Shown: positions 1-10,100 of the stretch, in pieces
Numbering within the stretch: position 1 is the first letter of the stretch
Layout of the letters: each line of letters starts with the position of its first letter
Source of the DNA: Methanosarcinales archaeon
Lineage (GTDB): Archaea > Halobacteriota > Methanosarcinia > Methanosarcinales > Methanogasteraceae
NCBI GenBank assembly: GCA_004211975.1
Contig: RXIK01000113.1
Span: forward strand, 1-61,295
DNA: 61,295 nt
Direction: 5' to 3'
Notes under the pieces: model-generated
The model's input: the letters and a program-made list of their open reading frames with translations, nothing else
Databases searched by the model: none
What the model was told of the DNA's origin: nothing
Made by a program: the position numbers and the translations under genes

Positions 1-114
1 AAACCGCTGCCCGACACTGAAAGGGTTATGAGATGCTTGAGCGGTATGAGGGGAAACTCTCACGTACCGTTCTTAGACGAGGAGGAGCGGGTAACCGCTT
101 CCTCCTTAGTCTAC
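1..114 (+). mobile_element. Group II intron, 3' terminal part only (domains V and VI up to the 3' splice site). The intron body and any intron-encoded protein lie upstream of the window
   Basis: nt 39-72 GAGCGGUAUGAGGG/GAAA/CUCUCACGUACCGUUC folds into a textbook 34-nt domain V (AGC triad 40-42, AC bulge 62-63, GNRA loop). nt 75-112 folds into a domain VI hairpin (GUAA loop) with a single unpaired A at nt 108, 7 nt before a ...CUAC end at 114. Confidence 0.8.
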
Positions 115-241
115 GGTTATTTTTCTTGCCAGAGTACAGAATCGCAATCGGGGGACTAATCAACATACCTGAGTAGTTACAAAAATAAGATCTATGCACC
201 AGAGCCTCCAATTCATGGCGTCTCAAGATCTGGTGTAAAGA

Positions 242-263
242 GTGTGTGTGTGTGTGTGTGTGT
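242..263. repeat. (GT)11 dinucleotide microsatellite
   Basis: Perfect gtgtgt... run of 22 nt, 29 nt downstream of the stop of the minus-strand gene 292..912. Confidence 0.97.
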
Positions 264-291
264 AGCGCAGAATCACATGGACGTGAAGCGA

Positions 292-912
292 TCAATCTCT
301 CCTGCGTGCAAAATATATCGCTGCAAGGATGCCAACCACAAATAGAGCCCCGAACCCCGGTGTTTCGAGTTCGGTTTCGGTTTCGTGCTCAGCCACATCA
401 GTCGGAGCAAGGGTCTGAGCCCCGGACGCAGTCTCTGTTACCGCAATTACCTCACTTTCAACGCCATCCCAACTTGCAGGCATCGCATCCGCCATGCTAC
501 TCACGAGCAATCCATCAGAGACCTCCATTGAACATGCACCCGGAACGATCGTCTCAAAGTGTATCGTTGCAAGCGACCCCGATCCGGACACACCGTCAAT
601 ACCAGGGAGATTGAAGAGCACCTGAACATTGTCCTCAGCAACCACCCAGTCATCTATGGGTACTGCGGTTCCACCAACATCACCATCATCAACACCTGTG
701 ACGCTCACGTCATCCGGATTAAAATAGAGAGTAAATTGCCCTGAATCAAGATCTACTACATTTTCCACATCTATCATAACGCTGAAATCACCCTCCGCAA
801 GTTCGGGGGAGTTAATAGTGACACTTGCCTGATCTGCCACCACAAGAGTTGCAGATAGTAGAAGCGTTATCAAAACTATGATAGTTATCGAAACTGTTTT
901 TGATATCATCAA
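292..912 (-). CDS. Secreted single-cohesin protein with a PGF-CTERM (archaeosortase) anchor
   Basis: N-terminal signal/TM (ITIIVLITLLLSATLVVA). Cohesin-like module (SVTINSPELAEGDFSVMIDVENVVDLDSGQFTLYFNPDDVSVTGV...GSGSLATIHFE). Acidic linker. C-terminal TPGFGALFVVGILAAIYFARRRD. Confidence 0.8.
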   Translation of the reverse strand: MMISKTVSITIIVLITLLLSATLVVADQASVTINSPELAEGDFSVMIDVENVVDLDSGQFTLYFNPDDVSVTGVDDGDVGGTAVPIDDWVVAEDNVQVLFNLPGIDGVSGSGSLATIHFETIVPGACSMEVSDGLLVSSMADAMPASWDGVESEVIAVTETASGAQTLAPTDVAEHETETELETPGFGALFVVGILAAIYFARRRD

Positions 913-1008
913 GGCATATTACACTAACATGTTTATAATAAACTTTTCGATGAAGACGCTTACGAGAGAGTTAACTTTAAATACGTCCTATAACAGTTGG
1001 GTTATGCT

Positions 1009-1323
1009 ATGACTGGCTGGGTCTTGATACTGATTGCGGCAATGATCAGCTACATACTTCTTGCCTATTTAGAACACAAGAAGAAGATCGACATGATCGA
1101 TCGAGGACTCTGGAAGCCAGAAGAAAGGAAAGAGAAGCCTGAACATAGGTTAATTAGTGGGATATTCTTCCTTTTATTGGGCGTGGCGCTTCTGATATGC
1201 TCGTACTCGGCGGAACCTGATCTGACGGGTGGATTGAAGATATCAGGTATGCTGACAATAGCAGCCGGAATCACGCTGGTAGCTGCATACATCATCGGTA
1301 AAAAGAGCCACACGGCAGTTTAA
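1009..1323 (+). CDS. Small membrane protein, function unknown
   Basis: ORF with three hydrophobic helices separated by a KKKIDMIDRGLWKPEERKEKPEH loop. First in-frame ATG at 1009 (the track start at 997 is TTG). No family recognised. Confidence 0.45.
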   Translation: MTGWVLILIAAMISYILLAYLEHKKKIDMIDRGLWKPEERKEKPEHRLISGIFFLLLGVALLICSYSAEPDLTGGLKISGMLTIAAGITLVAAYIIGKKSHTAV

Positions 1324-1435
1324 CTTGTTATGTTGGGTGGTTTCTCAAAAACGTCTTCTTTAGCTCATTATATTTTGCGCGTGATTGTGACGGTAACCCG
1401 ACAATGTTTGTGTGGGATAAGCGCATATACGGCCA

Positions 1436-2944
1436 TCAGTTTCGAAGTAGCCACCTCCATAACGGCACGAACACCACCTGCCTGCCATCCATTGTCTCTT
1501 CAGTCTCTGTATCTTTTGTTACAGCATAACCGGAATCGATAGAGAAGTCTTTGAGAAACTTTATCAGCTCTTTTATATCCCTTTTGCGGATATTGCCGCT
1601 GTATTTTGATTCCACAGGCACGATGGATCCATCTTTGAGAATACTACAATCCACATCAAAACCACCCTTCCTCCAGAAGAAGTGAGATCCTGAAGAGTTT
1701 ATTATGAGGTTTTCAACGACCCTGCCATAATCCGGCTCTTCGCACAACGAAAATAGCAGTGTTGTGCTTGACAGATACAGTTTCTTCATTTTCTTTTCGC
1801 TTGTCAGACGGTTCTTTGAGAAGTTGCAAGCATTTCTGTATGAGAAACCCAATCTCCAGATATGAAATGTACTTTGAGAGTGTTTTTCTGCTTATTCCCT
1901 GACTTTCGGCGAACTGAAATAAACATCCCTTATATCGTCACGGTTTTTAAGTGGTTTGAAATCACCGCAGAGGGCGCGGAGTACGCAGAGTTTTGTCGCT
2001 CTGCGTTCCTCTGCGCCCTCAGCGGTTAAATTTCTTGCTTTAATCACCATAGTTTTAACTATATGGTATTGAGCATGTATATTTTTGTGGAAAATTTGCT
2101 AAAAACCCATAATTTATTGAGTGCATTCAAAAACAGTGTTTGTTGGGGATAACAAATACATCGCATTTGTGTGACATGTTTTGGGCAGTAAGTTACATTT
2201 CACCGAAAAATGGGTTATTCCGAGATCATTTGACAGAGAAGCGAAATCCGTGATAATGCAGGGATGCGACGCCACGATCTTGAGTATTCGCTTCAATGTG
2301 TCCGCAATTGTTTATGGGAGATATCTTTGGCAGGTCCTCGTAGATTATCTTGTTCACGATGGACTCCGTATACATGTTGACAAACGACTCGTCAGCGTTA
2401 ACGAGCTCCGGAAGCTGTCTTTTGGCATACAGAAGTGTCTGGTCACGCAGGGATTCCTTAAACATATCCGGGTTCCTGATCAGTTGTTCTTCTCCTTTCA
2501 ATCTCATGAGTTCGGAAAAATTGAGTGCAGGTAACCGGAAAAGAAAAATTCTTCCGGCAAGAGATTCTTCCGCATTTTTCCTTAAGAATACCGAGGATGA
2601 TCCGGAAATAAAGAACTTCAGATTGGGATGGGTGTTGTAGTAGTAGTTCACCTGGTTCTGCCATCCGGCAAGTTTCCGAATCTCATCCATGAAGATAAAA
2701 ATTCTGCCAGCCTCGGATATATCCACACCGATTCTCGACTGAAATTCTGTTATGACATCTTCGATTGTGACTGCTTCCTCGTCAAAGGAGAAATAGAGTA
2801 TTCGGTCCCGCTTCTGCCCGCTTTCCAGTGGCGGTTATGTTTCAGGATGTTTACCATCATCGCGCCAATATGCGTATCTTGTTTCCCATATTATCCAGGT
2901 TTATGGGAATTGAAGGTTACATACTCTGAATGCATCGAACGCAT
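1436..2944 (-). pseudogene. Disrupted AAA+ ATPase of the AAA_14/DUF4143 type
   Basis: Pieces lie in different frames: degraded P-loop with an in-frame TAA (..KPG*YGKQDT..) near 2880-2900; RDRILYFSFDEE...IFIFMDEI (Walker B) in ORF 2226..2726; ..SLSNDLGIT in ORF 2114..2296; then ..GISRKTLSKYISYLE.. and the DUF4143/nuclease-like tail in ORF 1436..1852. Also split by the insertion at 1899-2214. Confidence 0.75.
1892..2221. mobile_element. MITE-like non-autonomous insertion (316 bp) with 7-bp target-site duplication
   Basis: Direct repeat TTATTCC at 1892-1898 and 2215-2221. Removing 1899-2221 restores the reading frame ..DLGISRKTL.. of the ATPase. Imperfect terminal inverted repeats with core TTTCGGYGAA. 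Internal long imperfect palindrome at 1965-2025. No ORF. Confidence 0.6.
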
Positions 2945-3145
2945 ACACAAAACACAAAAAAATAGCCGAGGACACCACCCCCGGATGCCGTCGGGTCATC
3001 ACGTAACCGATGGTCGCACTTGAGTTTGAGTCGCTTGATGCAGGAGTTTATCAGAGACAAGAGATCTGTGTATCATTTTGCATCAAGAACGGTGTCTGTG
3101 CTCCCGAGTTATGAGACTTTAACGGGTGGTGGGGCGGCTCCCCAC

Positions 3146-3499
3146 CTACTTGCTTGGCACATAGATCATTCCACCATCCTGCATCTCATATATTGTTCCG
3201 ACCGTCCCGATAACATCCTCTTCGATCATCGTCTCGCTCATATTCAGTGTCTTGATCTCTTGCCCGCTCTTGACAATTACCTCCATTGTGGGCTCGCCCG
3301 GGTTTTTCACGATTGTCACATCCTGATCTGGCGTGATCAGTTCTGGCAGGTGGTATGAGGTCACAAGCGCGATAAGGAGTGCGACAGCAAAGACCATCGC
3401 TACATCGAAGAGGTTTGTAACTCCGCCCATCGGGTTTTCGCCGTATCGTTTCTTTCTGTTTCTGCCGCGGTTTCCGTTATTTCCGTTCTTCAGATACAT
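3146..3499 (-). CDS. ExbD-like single-pass partner protein (DUF2149-type)
   Basis: Basic N-terminus, one TM (NLFDVAMVFAVALLIALV), then a small beta-rich domain (VTIVKNPGEPTMEVIVKSGQEI...GTIYEMQDGGMIYVP). Overlaps the MotA/ExbB gene by 23 nt. Confidence 0.6.
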   Translation of the reverse strand: MYLKNGNNGNRGRNRKKRYGENPMGGVTNLFDVAMVFAVALLIALVTSYHLPELITPDQDVTIVKNPGEPTMEVIVKSGQEIKTLNMSETMIEEDVIGTVGTIYEMQDGGMIYVPSK

Positions 3500-4136
3500 T
3501 AGAATCTCCGTATATCATGTCGCAAATATATCTCATGTCGTCGATATCCTGATCGTACCACCTGCTCCGCACAATCGAGATCGCGTACGATATGCCGCCC
3601 ACAAGAAGACCGAGCACGGTTGTTCCGAACGCGATGATCATGTTGTTTGCAAGAAGCTCAACGTCTCCTGCCGCAAGCCCTGCAAGCGCGGGACCCATCG
3701 GGATCAGGGTTCCCATCAGCCCGAGCATCGGACCGATTCTCGAGACAAGGTTCGTCCGTTCAAGTCGTTTCGTGATGAGCGTGTCATACTCATGAAGCAG
3801 CTTCTCGATCTCCACCTGGAGGATGTCATCAACCGGGATATTGCGAAGATCACTTATGAATGCGTACACAAACGCTCCGGACATTGAACCCCTGATCAGG
3901 TCGAGCGCATCACCGAAGTTACCGTCATTTGACAGTTCTCTCGCTGTTCTGACCTTTGTCAGGTCCCTTGTCCGCTTTAGCCGCATGTAATGCTCATAAC
4001 CAAACGTTCCGCTCTCTATGATCAGGTATGTAACGAGTATCAGCAGTGCAAGTATCACCGGATACAAAAGCAGCGTGGATATCGTGTATACCGCTTCCTG
4101 AAGCGCTATCGGTAGATTCAGAATACTTATTGTCAT
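3477..4136 (-). CDS. MotA/TolQ/ExbB-family proton channel protein
   Basis: N-terminal TM plus a C-terminal helix pair with the family signature (RIGPMLGLMGTLIPMGPALAGLAAGD...MIIAFGTTVLGLLVGGISY). ATG overlaps the stop of the upstream giant gene (ATGA at 4133-4136). Confidence 0.85.
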   Translation of the reverse strand: MTISILNLPIALQEAVYTISTLLLYPVILALLILVTYLIIESGTFGYEHYMRLKRTRDLTKVRTARELSNDGNFGDALDLIRGSMSGAFVYAFISDLRNIPVDDILQVEIEKLLHEYDTLITKRLERTNLVSRIGPMLGLMGTLIPMGPALAGLAAGDVELLANNMIIAFGTTVLGLLVGGISYAISIVRSRWYDQDIDDMRYICDMIYGDSNVSEERK

Positions 4137-7100
4137 TTCACATATCTCCTGTATCTCCCCCGCTCCTTTCGTATCCCCTGCACAAGCAGCCCGAGCAGGA
4201 TCAGTATCGCGAGGATCGCCATAGTATAGCTGACATAGCCACCGCCCGCACCACCGGTCTTAAGCTCCGTTCCCATCGGGTAGCCCTTCGCCTTCTGTTT
4301 CATACCTGAAGTAGTCTCGGTCTCGTTGATCACAGCCTCGATCCCTGCCTCAGTTGCGTCTTTGTCCGTACCATCCCCAAAGTCAAAGTACTTGCCAAGA
4401 TAGCCACTACCACGCGGACCAATGCCCTGCCGCACTTGTGTATTGGGTGAGGTTTCAGAGTTACCTGGCGGGTCGTTTCCAGGCGGTTCACCACCACCAC
4501 CATCATCGCAGGGAACCGTCACCCCCATCATATTATTGTACTCATCCCGTTCAGGGATATCGCCACCACTGTCCGCATACACCTCCAGATTCCCGCACGC
4601 TCCGTGAAGAGAGAGCGTTACAGCCACAGACTCGCCCGCATCAAGCGCATCCACCGTGTGCTCGTCGATCACACGTCCCCATTGCCTGAGCGCGACCCTG
4701 AAGCTCTCGTTCGTTCCGCCTGTGCCGATGTTCTTGATGGTTGCATGAACCACGCCGCCACCTGCGGATGCGGCTGTGACCACGAGGTCCGGCTGATCCC
4801 TTCCCCCGAATGCGTACAATCGGTTCCCGCCGATCGTGTAGATCCTGCCGTAAGCGATGTATGGGGATGAGCCGCCGTATGGCGAGCTCCAGAGTTCTGT
4901 GCCATTGTATGCGTCGAGGCACTTCAGTCCGTTGTAGTTGAAGTTGCCCGCGCTGACCCCGACAAAGACCTTGGCGTCCCTCGAAACTGCGGGGGAGTTG
5001 GTCCATGAACCAACCTTTTCGCTGCCCCAGATCAGTGAGCCGTTTGTGGCATTGAAACAGTACACGCCACTTCCGGAGAATCCACTGCATCCGCCAACGA
5101 CATAGATATACTTCTTGTCCGAGTCGCCCGGTGCAAAGTATGCAGGTGTTGAGTCTGTGCGCTGTACCGGATAGTTCCATAAGATGCTTCCGTTGAATGC
5201 GTCAAGACAGTTGAATCCGCCAAATCCCATGCCAAACTCATACGTGGATGCATAAACCACGCCGTCCACGATAACCGGCGCGCTGTAGACGTCATGCTTG
5301 AGGCTTGTGTTCCAGACCACTGCACCATCCAGGGTCAGGCAGTAGAGATCACCGCCCCGTCCATAGTATATCCTGCCGTACTTCGGGGTCGGGGTTCCAA
5401 GATGTCTTATGGGTGGCAGATACGTCGAGGTGTTCCAGAGTTCTCCCCCGGTCTCCACATCCAGACAGAATAGGTTTCCTTCACTTGATTCAGGGCATGT
5501 CATGGAAGGGTCCGTATGTAAAGACCTGTAAAATGACGTGACATAAACCCTCCCACCACTGATCGACGGACCTGCGTTGCAGTTTGCGCAGCAATCAGAG
5601 AACGTGTAGTCCCAGAGGATTCTCCCGGTCCTGCCAGCGATCCTGTAGACGTGCATTCCTGATGCGATGAAGATACTGCCGTTGTGGTACGCGGGGGACG
5701 ACCATGAACCGTACTCAGCAGGCGCAATCTCGGTTGCCCATAGCATCTCCCCGTTTGTGGCATTGAGCGCAACCATGTAAGTGTAATCGCTTGATGAGAA
5801 TCCCTCGTTTCCTGTGCAGTAGACAAAGACGGTGTCATCTGCAACAACGATCGATGTGGATCCTCCGGCAAAGATGTCCTCACTCACCCATGCAAGATGC
5901 GGCTCATCAGGCGTGTCGCAGTCAAAGTACCGTGCATTCCCGCCGAGTCCCCCGCTTGCAGCATCGCCATTTAAGACTATGACTGTGTTTGAGGTGTACA
6001 CCCCTCGAAGGATGTACCACCGTGCCGTAATCCTGATCAGATACTCGCCATCAGTGTGGTTTGTGGTGTCCCACAGATAGACTCCATTATAATTTACAGC
6101 GTGTGTTAAATTGGTCGTGTTGCTTGCGTTGGCTGCGTTGGTTGCGTCAGTAGCATTAGTGGCATTGCCACCTTTGATCAGATTCTCTGTTAGATTTGCA
6201 GTCAGTCTCGGGTCGCACGTCAGGTTCGATGCAAGCATGGTCCACTCAATCCCGTAGTTCGAGCTGTAGAGTAGGTCGATTGTCAGATTCTTATCGTGGA
6301 GTGCCTTCCACTTGATCGGATGGATTCCGCCACATATCTCGCCGATTCTTGGCGATACGAGTTCCAGTTGAATCTCGTTTGCGACGAACGCCTCTCCTGT
6401 GTGGTTGTTGTTGCTTTCGTTAGTCTCATTCACATTGTTATCCGGATCCACGACAACAGTCAGGTTGTGCCACCCCTGAAAGTCTGGCTGCCACCAGATC
6501 GTCAGGTTTCCGTCATTGTATGTGTCAAGGTCTGTAGCATTGATGATCGCCAGGTTGGTGACGTTTGTTGTATTGGTGGCGTTTCCAGTCCCGTCCCGGA
6601 CTGTGATCATACCGCCGGGCATGTCTCGTGCGTATGCTATGAGAGTCGCATTGAACCCTTCGGCAGTTCCGGTAACAGGTATAATTATCCTGTTCGTCTT
6701 GTTCAGATACATGATATCAGGAAGTATCCTGATCGGGACGAGATCGGTTCGCGTCACGTTTATGACGCTGCTTAAGTTGTTATTAGTCTCCTCCGTCTCT
6801 AAAATACCACCATCCGAATCAATGACCGCTGTTACAGTGTGATTCCCAAGACTCGTCGGCTTGTACGTAAGATTCACGCTTGTCTGCCCGTAGCAGGTGA
6901 TATTTGTTGCATTCGCAACCACAGCGCCGTTCTCCACAAGCGAGACATTAAACTCCTCGGCAGTGCCATCTATGGTAACTGTAATATTATTTCTGGCGCG
7001 TACAAATGCCACGTCCGGAGTCAGACAGACGGGCACCAGATCGGGTAAGATAACCATGCAATCGAGTGTGGCTGCATTGTTTGTCTCACACACCTCCCGC

Positions 7101-10100
7101 ACCTCGCCGTCCGGATCTGCGACAATCGAGATGTTATGGTTGCCTTTGGCACCTGGTCTCCACTCGTAAGAGAGATTGGTACTACTCCTTATACCCGCAA
7201 CCATTCTTCGGTCCACCTCCACGCCATCCGCAACAAATGAAACATTGAAATGCTCGTCAGTTATTCCGGAGACGTTTGCGTTGATGAGGTTCGTTACGTT
7301 CACGTAGATACTGTCCGGAAGCACCACATCCGCGATCGCAAGGTCAGGGAGGCTTACGTAGACCTCTCGCGTCAGATTATTGTTCTCTTCGTACCGCTCA
7401 TCGACCCTGCCGTCCGAATCGACAAAGACAGTTATATTGACGAATCCATCACTTGACGGCACCCATTCAAGCGAGAACGGGATATCTGATATCTCGGGGT
7501 CGTACCATATCGACCGCACCGTCGTTACGGATGTGGAGACACCGTCCTCAAGGAGGGATACATTAAACATCCCGCCATCGCAACGCAGTGTCCCGTGCAC
7601 GGTGCAGCTTGTATTGACGTAGATGGTGTCAGGAACCTCGATTTTGCCGGTCGGGGATATATCCGGCATCGGATAGGAATCGATATCCGTGATCCTTGGG
7701 GGACATGGGCACGTAGCAAGCGCAGGGACCACCTTTGCGGTGGTATATCTCGGGAAGAACGACTGGTTCGTTGTATAGTTGAACGATCCGTCTGGCTGTT
7801 GCAGGCTCATCAGATAATCGATCGGTGTTACGCTATCGTTTATGCTTGTATTCCTCCATTCGAGCGGGTTCTCGCCCATGGCAATGATCGCCTGCACCGC
7901 ACACGCGGTTGTGACCGCGTCTGAGAGGTTGCCATCGTGACCGATATTCCTGCGCAGGAACTCAAGAGCATCTATCGTTATGTTGGAATCCGGCGGTTCG
8001 CCTGCCGCAACAAGCGCCTGTATTATGAATGCGGTAGTCCTCAAATTGCTCGTAACTTCAAATATGGCGTTTCCATTCGTCGTGTTCCCGCTTGTGGTGT
8101 TTCCGTCAGTTGTGTTTCCATTCGTCGTGTTTCCGTCGAGTATGTCATCGGTTTCGTTCGTATTTCCATTATTGTGATTCTCAATTATCCTGCTCCAGCC
8201 GCCATCCTCGTTCTGATGGGATACAATGTAACCCCGTGACTTGTTGATCCTCTCTGCGGCGCTTCTATCGCCACACGCGGTGAGTGCGAGGATGCCGAGT
8301 GCGTCATCGTTCACAGAAACGGGATCGCCAAACTGGACGCCGTCATGGTACGATTTCACCATTGTTAGGTAGTTCACGTTCCCGAAGTTCGTTGGGTCGA
8401 TGTCCCCGAGCACGCTTATGGCAAGTAACGTGCGTGCACAGTCCTCAAAGGTTGCGATCACGAAATCGTTGTATGGGAGCAAGGGATAGGCTGCAAGATA
8501 GTCAGCGAGCGATCTGCCATAGAGCTTCCGTTCACGAGGGTCTTCCCTTGCGGCAGCGATCGCAAGAACGGCCCATGCAGAGGTTGAGAACGGACCGATG
8601 CTGCCACTGCTCGGGGTCTGTTTCGCTTGCAGGAACTTAAGTGCAACTGCGACGTGACCCCGGCGCTTGTATGGCAGTTCATGTATCTCGGTGGTGATGG
8701 ATCTCTCTGTCTGAAACAAGACTACCGAGTCGTTAATCGATGCAACGAGGGATACTTCGCAAATTCCGGTGCCTTCGGGCTTCCGGACAAATTCCAGAGT
8801 CTTCTGCTTACTCTTGAGTAATTTAATGCGTCTTGACTCGATCATCTCGTTGTTTACTGTCAGGTTCACGGTAATATCAGTAATTCTCTGCGAGTTCTGG
8901 CTGATCACCGCGGTGACTCTGTCTTTCACTCCGGCGTAGGCTCTCTGCGGCAGCGTGATCGATTTGATCGTTAGATAATACTCCTCAGCATAAGGCTTGC
9001 AAAGGGGATAATAATCGCTTGTGTTATTACTTATGTTGTGTGGCACGTCCAGGATTCCATCATCATCATCATCATCGGGATCCGCACCTGTCCAGCTATC
9101 CCAGTAGTTCCCTATATAATTCACAAAGGTGGTGTTGTTGTGTCTGTAACTTAGCGGACTGCTTGCGTTCCAGTGGTTGTTCTGCCCGGTATCTATTGCA
9201 AACGTGTTTTCCGGGCTATCTCCAGCTTCTGCAAAGAACAGACCGTTGGCATAGATCGTGTTGTTATTTCCCTGCACCTTGATTGTGTAACAGCAGTCGC
9301 AGATCATGTTGTTATAGATCGTATTGTCATCAGATTCTGATGTGATCAAGACGCCTGGCGTTGCAAAACGGAAACCCCAACTGGGGGGAGACAAACTGCC
9401 TGACATGAAGTTATCCGCTATCAAACAGTCTGTTGAACCCTCGATTCTTATGAGGGAACTGCTATCAGCCCATGAAGCATGTGTCAGCAGAAGATTTGTG
9501 AGTGAGATCTTCTCAGACTCCGTTATGTTGATTGCCCGCCAGCCCTCAGGAAATTGACTTCCATACGATGAGTCAACCCGTACTACAAATCCATCGAGCT
9601 CAATATTGCTTGAGCCTACTATCCCTATCAGATTGGGTCTGGCGCGTCCGGCGGGGCTGCCATGGGCTATGATTCTTGTGTCTTCGCCACTGCCAAGTAT
9701 CTTCAGGTGATCTCTGTTTGTTATGGTCAATCTACTTTCATAGTCCCCCTCATCGACGTGAATCACAGTATACGTGGTGGAATTGTCCACCGCCCACTGG
9801 ATGGTTGTATAATCATCCGGCACTCTAATGACCAGTGTCTCCCCCACAACCACATCTCCTGATAGGATATTATTGTCCTCATACCACTCATCGACCTGAT
9901 TATCATAATCAATCTCAATTCTGATTGTGTGATCTCCCGCGTCTTCCGTCACCCAGTCAAAGGAGACGGTCGCTTCTTCCATCGGTGAAAGTGACGGAAG
10001 CGTCCGCAGATCAATCACCTCGCCGTTATCCACAAGCACCACACAGAAGCCGCCTGATATGGTTGCGCCCCGGTTCATAACAGTTGTCCCAACAGTCGTC

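Noticed and set aside
1-165. Open reading frame on the plus strand running in from the window edge (..SGMRGNSHVPFLDEEERVTASSLVY..) that could be taken for the end of a transposase or maturase.
   Set aside because: It reads straight through the domain V/VI RNA structure of the group II intron. The RNA fold explains the sequence, and the ORF has no recognisable protein motif.
4354-5883. Same-strand and opposite-strand nested ORFs inside the giant gene. Examples: 4641..5180 -, 5032..5328 -, 5500..5883 -.
   Set aside because: They lie in alternative frames of a continuous 2236-aa ORF with coherent domain content, and their Arg/His-rich translations look non-biological.
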